Source: Candidatus Helarchaeota archaeon (GTDB lineage: Archaea > Asgardarchaeota > Lokiarchaeia > Helarchaeales > RDOG01). From it: a stretch of DNA of 17,763 bases. A program made the translations under genes and the position numbers. The DNA lies in contig JALGVI010000069.1 in the NCBI GenBank assembly GCA_029838215.1, positions 1 to 17,763 on the forward strand, in the 5' to 3' direction. The stretch's first letter is position 1. The number at the start of each line of letters is the position of its first letter. The notes below the pieces were generated by a model. That model saw nothing but the letters and a program-made list of their open reading frames with translations. It was not told where the DNA came from and ran no database searches. Positions 14,753 through 17,763 of this stretch are shown here, one piece after another.

Positions 14753-15925
14753 TCATTTGAAGAATTTTGTATTGTAGCCAATTCCCGTGGAAATTATTTT
14801 TTCCTTTAAATCTACCGACCCGGGTTGGGTTTCATGATTGATGTCGAGAAACACGCACTCCATTGCTTCTTCTAACGTCAACCCGAGATCCTCGAGGTGG
14901 ATGAATTTTTCAGGGGGATCCCTGTATTTTATTTCCAATTTTCCCTCATCAATGTTCTTTTTCTTTAAAATTCTCTTCAAATCCGGCATGGTGCACTCCA
15001 AAGTGTGAATGGGGTAAGGCACGCCTTTTTCCCATTGTCCAGGAACCAGCATCTCATATTCTTCAGGAAAGTTTTCTTTAAGTAGGTCACGTTCGAATTC
15101 GCTCAATCCGTTGATTGCCATCCTGAGTTCCGTGGAAAGTCCCACCATGCGTTTCAAATACATGTTTCGTTCTAGAAAGGCGATCATGTTAATGATGGGG
15201 GGCATTGGCACGTAAGCAAACCCCAAATAAGGTAATCCATAGACACGCTTCGAGGCAATGAGGTCATAGGTGATTCCCATTTGTTCATAAAACGAGAGAT
15301 ACGTGCCTAGATAAGCACCGAAACTTCCCCACCCGATTCCGATTTGATATGCAGAGTTTGCCCATTGAGGGCTTCGTTCATTTCGAATGTTTGCCCATTG
15401 AGGGCTTCGTTCATTTCGAATGTCGAGGAGGATATCTCGAATGGCAGTTCCGCAAGATATGAAATCCTTTTTCTTCGATTTTTTGACGATATCTTTTAAT
15501 TTGATTCCAGTCTTGAGATGCCTCCGTTGCATGATGTCTTCCGTTTCCGAGATGACGAACCAATCGACGGGAATTCCATCCTCTAAATGTCCGTTGAGGA
15601 TCAATTGTATTTCCAAGCTGTCATCTCTCACCGCAACGTAGGAAACGTCGATGGATTCTCCGTAGAGCAATTTCATTGAACCTTGTTGCAGGTCTGATCT
15701 CATGAATCCTCCCGGTGGAAACAACGTGAACCCCAAGGTTTTATCCGGGTTCTTAATTTTTCCGCTAATCACGTCCTTGGCAACTTGAATTGAACTATTT
15801 AGCCTGTATTTCAACGTGTCATACGTGATTTGACTGGCCACGTCATCGAAAAGCCTTTCGTTGCGTAATCGTCTGGAATTTCTCCAAAGGTGTGCTTCGG
15901 CATGAGAATCCCCTGATATAATCAA
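14753..15925 (-). CDS. Uncharacterised ~390-aa protein, copy B; carries an 11-aa in-frame duplication
   Basis: Colinear motif sharing with 946..2118. The start is uncertain: TTG at 15925, and the frame stays open to 15997 without an ATG. Confidence 0.82.
   Translation of the reverse strand: MIISGDSHAEAHLWRNSRRLRNERLFDDVASQITYDTLKYRLNSSIQVAKDVISGKIKNPDKTLGFTLFPPGGFMRSDLQQGSMKLLYGESIDVSYVAVRDDSLEIQLILNGHLEDGIPVDWFVISETEDIMQRRHLKTGIKLKDIVKKSKKKDFISCGTAIRDILLDIRNERSPQWANIRNERSPQWANSAYQIGIGWGSFGAYLGTYLSFYEQMGITYDLIASKRVYGLPYLGFAYVPMPPIINMIAFLERNMYLKRMVGLSTELRMAINGLSEFERDLLKENFPEEYEMLVPGQWEKGVPYPIHTLECTMPDLKRILKKKNIDEGKLEIKYRDPPEKFIHLEDLGLTLEEAMECVFLDINHETQPGSVDLKEKIISTGIGYNTKFFK
15356..15423. repeat. 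Perfect 33-bp tandem duplication
   Basis: TTGCCCATTGAGGGCTTCGTTCATTTCGAATGT occurs at 15358-15390 and 15391-15423. The periodicity extends back to 15356, giving a 2-nt 'GT' junction ambiguity. Confidence 0.97.
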
Positions 15926-16293
15926 AATGACTGATCGTGAAACTGTATCGGATATTATGCCATCTGAATTATATTTGTTTTGGAATACAAAAATAACTTA
16001 CTAAGAAAAACACAAAAAAAATGCGGATTGCAGTCTAATACTCCTTTGATTTGTCGTAAACAGGCTTGAGTCAATTTTTACATTATAGAACTAATTTTGT
16101 GATGTCATCTTTACTCAATTTCGGTTCTGCAAGCTCTAGTTCTTCATTTTTTGCCAAACTCACGATCGGCTAATATTTTGAATAGATTTATTTTCAAGCT
16201 TGACGAATATCTCATGAATGACCAATGATAAATGCAATGTCATGTTTTTCAAATGAAATTAACAATTAAATCTAGCAAGAAGGAAAAATTATC

Positions 16294-16875
16294 GTGTATA
16301 GGAGATTTATCTGCTTGTATTCAGGTGGTACGGATTCGCCGGTTGCCCTGTACTTAATCCTGAAGCAAGGGCTCGAGCCCATTGCAATTCATTTTCATTT
16401 TTATAGTGAAGATTCCATCAAGAATGCTCCTGCAAAGTTAAAAGCTCTTGAAGGATTGAGGCTATTAACAAGATTCACGAAAGAACCGATAACAACGTAT
16501 TTGATCCCCCATTCTGTTGTTTTGGACGCCTATCTTGACAAAGACCTTCCTTCAAAGCAATTTTGCATTTTTTGCAGGCGCATGATGTTTCGAATGGCGG
16601 GAGAAATTGGAAAAAGAGAAGGTATTCGTGTCTTGGTGACGGGAGAGGTCTTGGGTGAAAAGGCATCTCAAACACCCGAGAACATGCGGGTTATTGAAAA
16701 GGTGGTTCCTGACATGTTGGTGCTTCGACCTTGCATTGGATTAAATAAATTGGAGATCGAATCCATTGCAAGAGAAATCGGGACATATCAAAGTTCAATA
16801 CAAAAAATTCCTTCTTGCGGAGCAGAACATCTGGTGAAAAAAGCATTAGATCGTGCTGAGATTCTTTTCATTTAA
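16294..16875 (+). CDS. thiI: ThiI-type PP-loop sulfurtransferase catalytic domain only (no NFLD/THUMP); C-terminus appears shortened
   Basis: PP-loop 'LYSGGTDSPVA', archaeal-type CxxC 'CIFCRRMM', 'VTGEVLGEKASQT.EN', 'RP.IGLNK.EI...AREIGTY' and a late Cys 'PSCG'. Confidence 0.8.
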   Translation: MYRRFICLYSGGTDSPVALYLILKQGLEPIAIHFHFYSEDSIKNAPAKLKALEGLRLLTRFTKEPITTYLIPHSVVLDAYLDKDLPSKQFCIFCRRMMFRMAGEIGKREGIRVLVTGEVLGEKASQTPENMRVIEKVVPDMLVLRPCIGLNKLEIESIAREIGTYQSSIQKIPSCGAEHLVKKALDRAEILFI

Positions 16876-17018
16876 TGACTTCCTTCTGGTTCGGTGTTTC
16901 TCATTAAATTTCTAAAGCATTTCAAAACGTTAAAATAGGATTTGCATTAGGTGTTATTACAGTGTCATATTAGAGACAACTTCAAAAACCAATTTGAAAT
17001 TCATTTCTATGGTGTAGA

Positions 17019-17760
17019 ATGATGCCGTTAGACGAAATTACCATAACTAAGATCATTCTTGAGAAGTTTTCGGAAAAGTTTATTGCTAAGGCTCTTGACG
17101 TGGATGTTGCAATTGCAGGAGGTGGACCTGCGGGTCTTGTTGCAGGAAAATACCTCGCCGAAAAAGGCATAAAAACCTGCTTGTTTGAACGCAAGCTTAG
17201 CGTGGGTGGGCAAGCAAATTTTAGATGATTTTTCCGTGAAGATGGAGAAGTACAGTGAAAATTATTATCATTCGGATTCAATTGAAACCGTCACGAAGCT
17301 TGTTTCAAAGTCCATCGATGCAGGACTTCAGATTTTCAACCTGATTTCAATTGAAGATGTGATGATACGAGAGAATGATAAAGTCACCGGATTTGTTATA
17401 AATTGGACTGCAACAGAAATTGCAAGGCTTCACGTAGATCCGATGACCATCCGTGCTAAGGTGGTGATTGATGCCACGGGGCACGATGCTGAGATCTGTC
17501 GCGTTATTGAAAGAAAGGTTCCAACCGCTCAATTTAATACTCTCTCGGGCAAGATTTGTCAAGGTGAAAAGCCCATGTGGGCTGAAATTGGTGAAGACAC
17601 GCTCTATAATAACACCATCGAAATTTACCCCGGAGTTATTGTTGCGGGTATGGCGGCAAATGCCGTGCTTGGTTCTCCCAGAATGGGTCCCATTTTTGGA
17701 GGAATGTTGATTAGTGGTAAGAGAGCCGCAGAACTGGCAATGGAACTCCTTGAAAAATGA
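17019..17760 (+). pseudogene. thi4: Thiazole synthase Thi4 (His-type) broken by a frameshifting internal deletion at about 17208
   Basis: Frame of 17019: '[18 protein letters not shown].....FERKLSVGG'. Shifted frame from 17209: 'GKQILDDF...DSIE...EDV...LHVDP...DATGHDA...GEKPMWAE...GMAANA...PRMGPIFGGM..SG'. The intervening conserved segment is absent. The lesion could be an assembly error rather than a true pseudogene. Confidence 0.88.
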
Positions 17761-17763
17761 ACA

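Noticed and set aside
946-15925. Composite transposon or invertible segment bounded by the two inverted paralogues
   Set aside because: The similarity is at protein level only. I saw no DNA-level terminal inverted repeats, target duplication, or transposase/recombinase motifs. The equal 390-aa lengths are coincidental, given the 11-aa duplication and the uncertain start.
16876-17018. TPP riboswitch upstream of thi4
   Set aside because: The conserved GCTGAGA and CCTGAT...GCGxAGGGA elements are absent and the region is AT-rich.
17185-17228. Programmed ribosomal frameshift joining the two thi4 ORFs
   Set aside because: There is no slippery heptamer, and conserved residues are physically missing, so recoding would not give an intact enzyme.
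448-17710. Short antisense or alternate-frame ORFs in the track (e.g. 448..636, 961..1236, 2548..2853, 8012..8245, 11553..11951, 12996..13457, 13707..14123, 16982..17281, 17468..17710)
   Set aside because: They overlap well-supported genes, have no motifs and have atypical composition, so they are shadow ORFs.
1-17763. CRISPR array, tRNA, rRNA or integrase
   Set aside because: I saw no regularly spaced repeats, cloverleaf or rRNA signatures, or recombinase motifs by eye.

Overview
A 17.8-kb, densely coding, fairly AT-rich window from an anaerobic prokaryote. It is most probably an archaeon; the gene set and protein style suggest an Asgard (Loki/Hel-like) lineage, but this is inference because the window has no marker gene. 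I found no rRNA, tRNA, CRISPR array or transposase. Two divergent, colinear paralogues of an unrecognised ~390-aa family (946..2118 + and 14753..15925 -) point inward and bracket a redox/lipid-type block. That block holds a cupin, a PsbP-like protein, a GNAT, an HdrD/GlcF-like CCG protein and a divergently transcribed stand-alone copy of its own ferredoxin domain. It ends in a co-directional run: membrane-anchored alpha/beta-hydrolase fusion, extended SDR, membrane protein, CrtI-like FAD oxidoreductase and AOR-family tungstoenzyme. The right end carries a THUMP-less ThiI next to a His-type thi4. The last 2.4 kb shows clustered lesions: a perfect 33-bp in-frame tandem duplication, a frameshifting deletion of about 53 nt that removes the GGGxWGGG region of thi4, and a probable in-frame deletion in the ThiI C-terminus. 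All family calls are from motif recognition by eye; no database searches were run.
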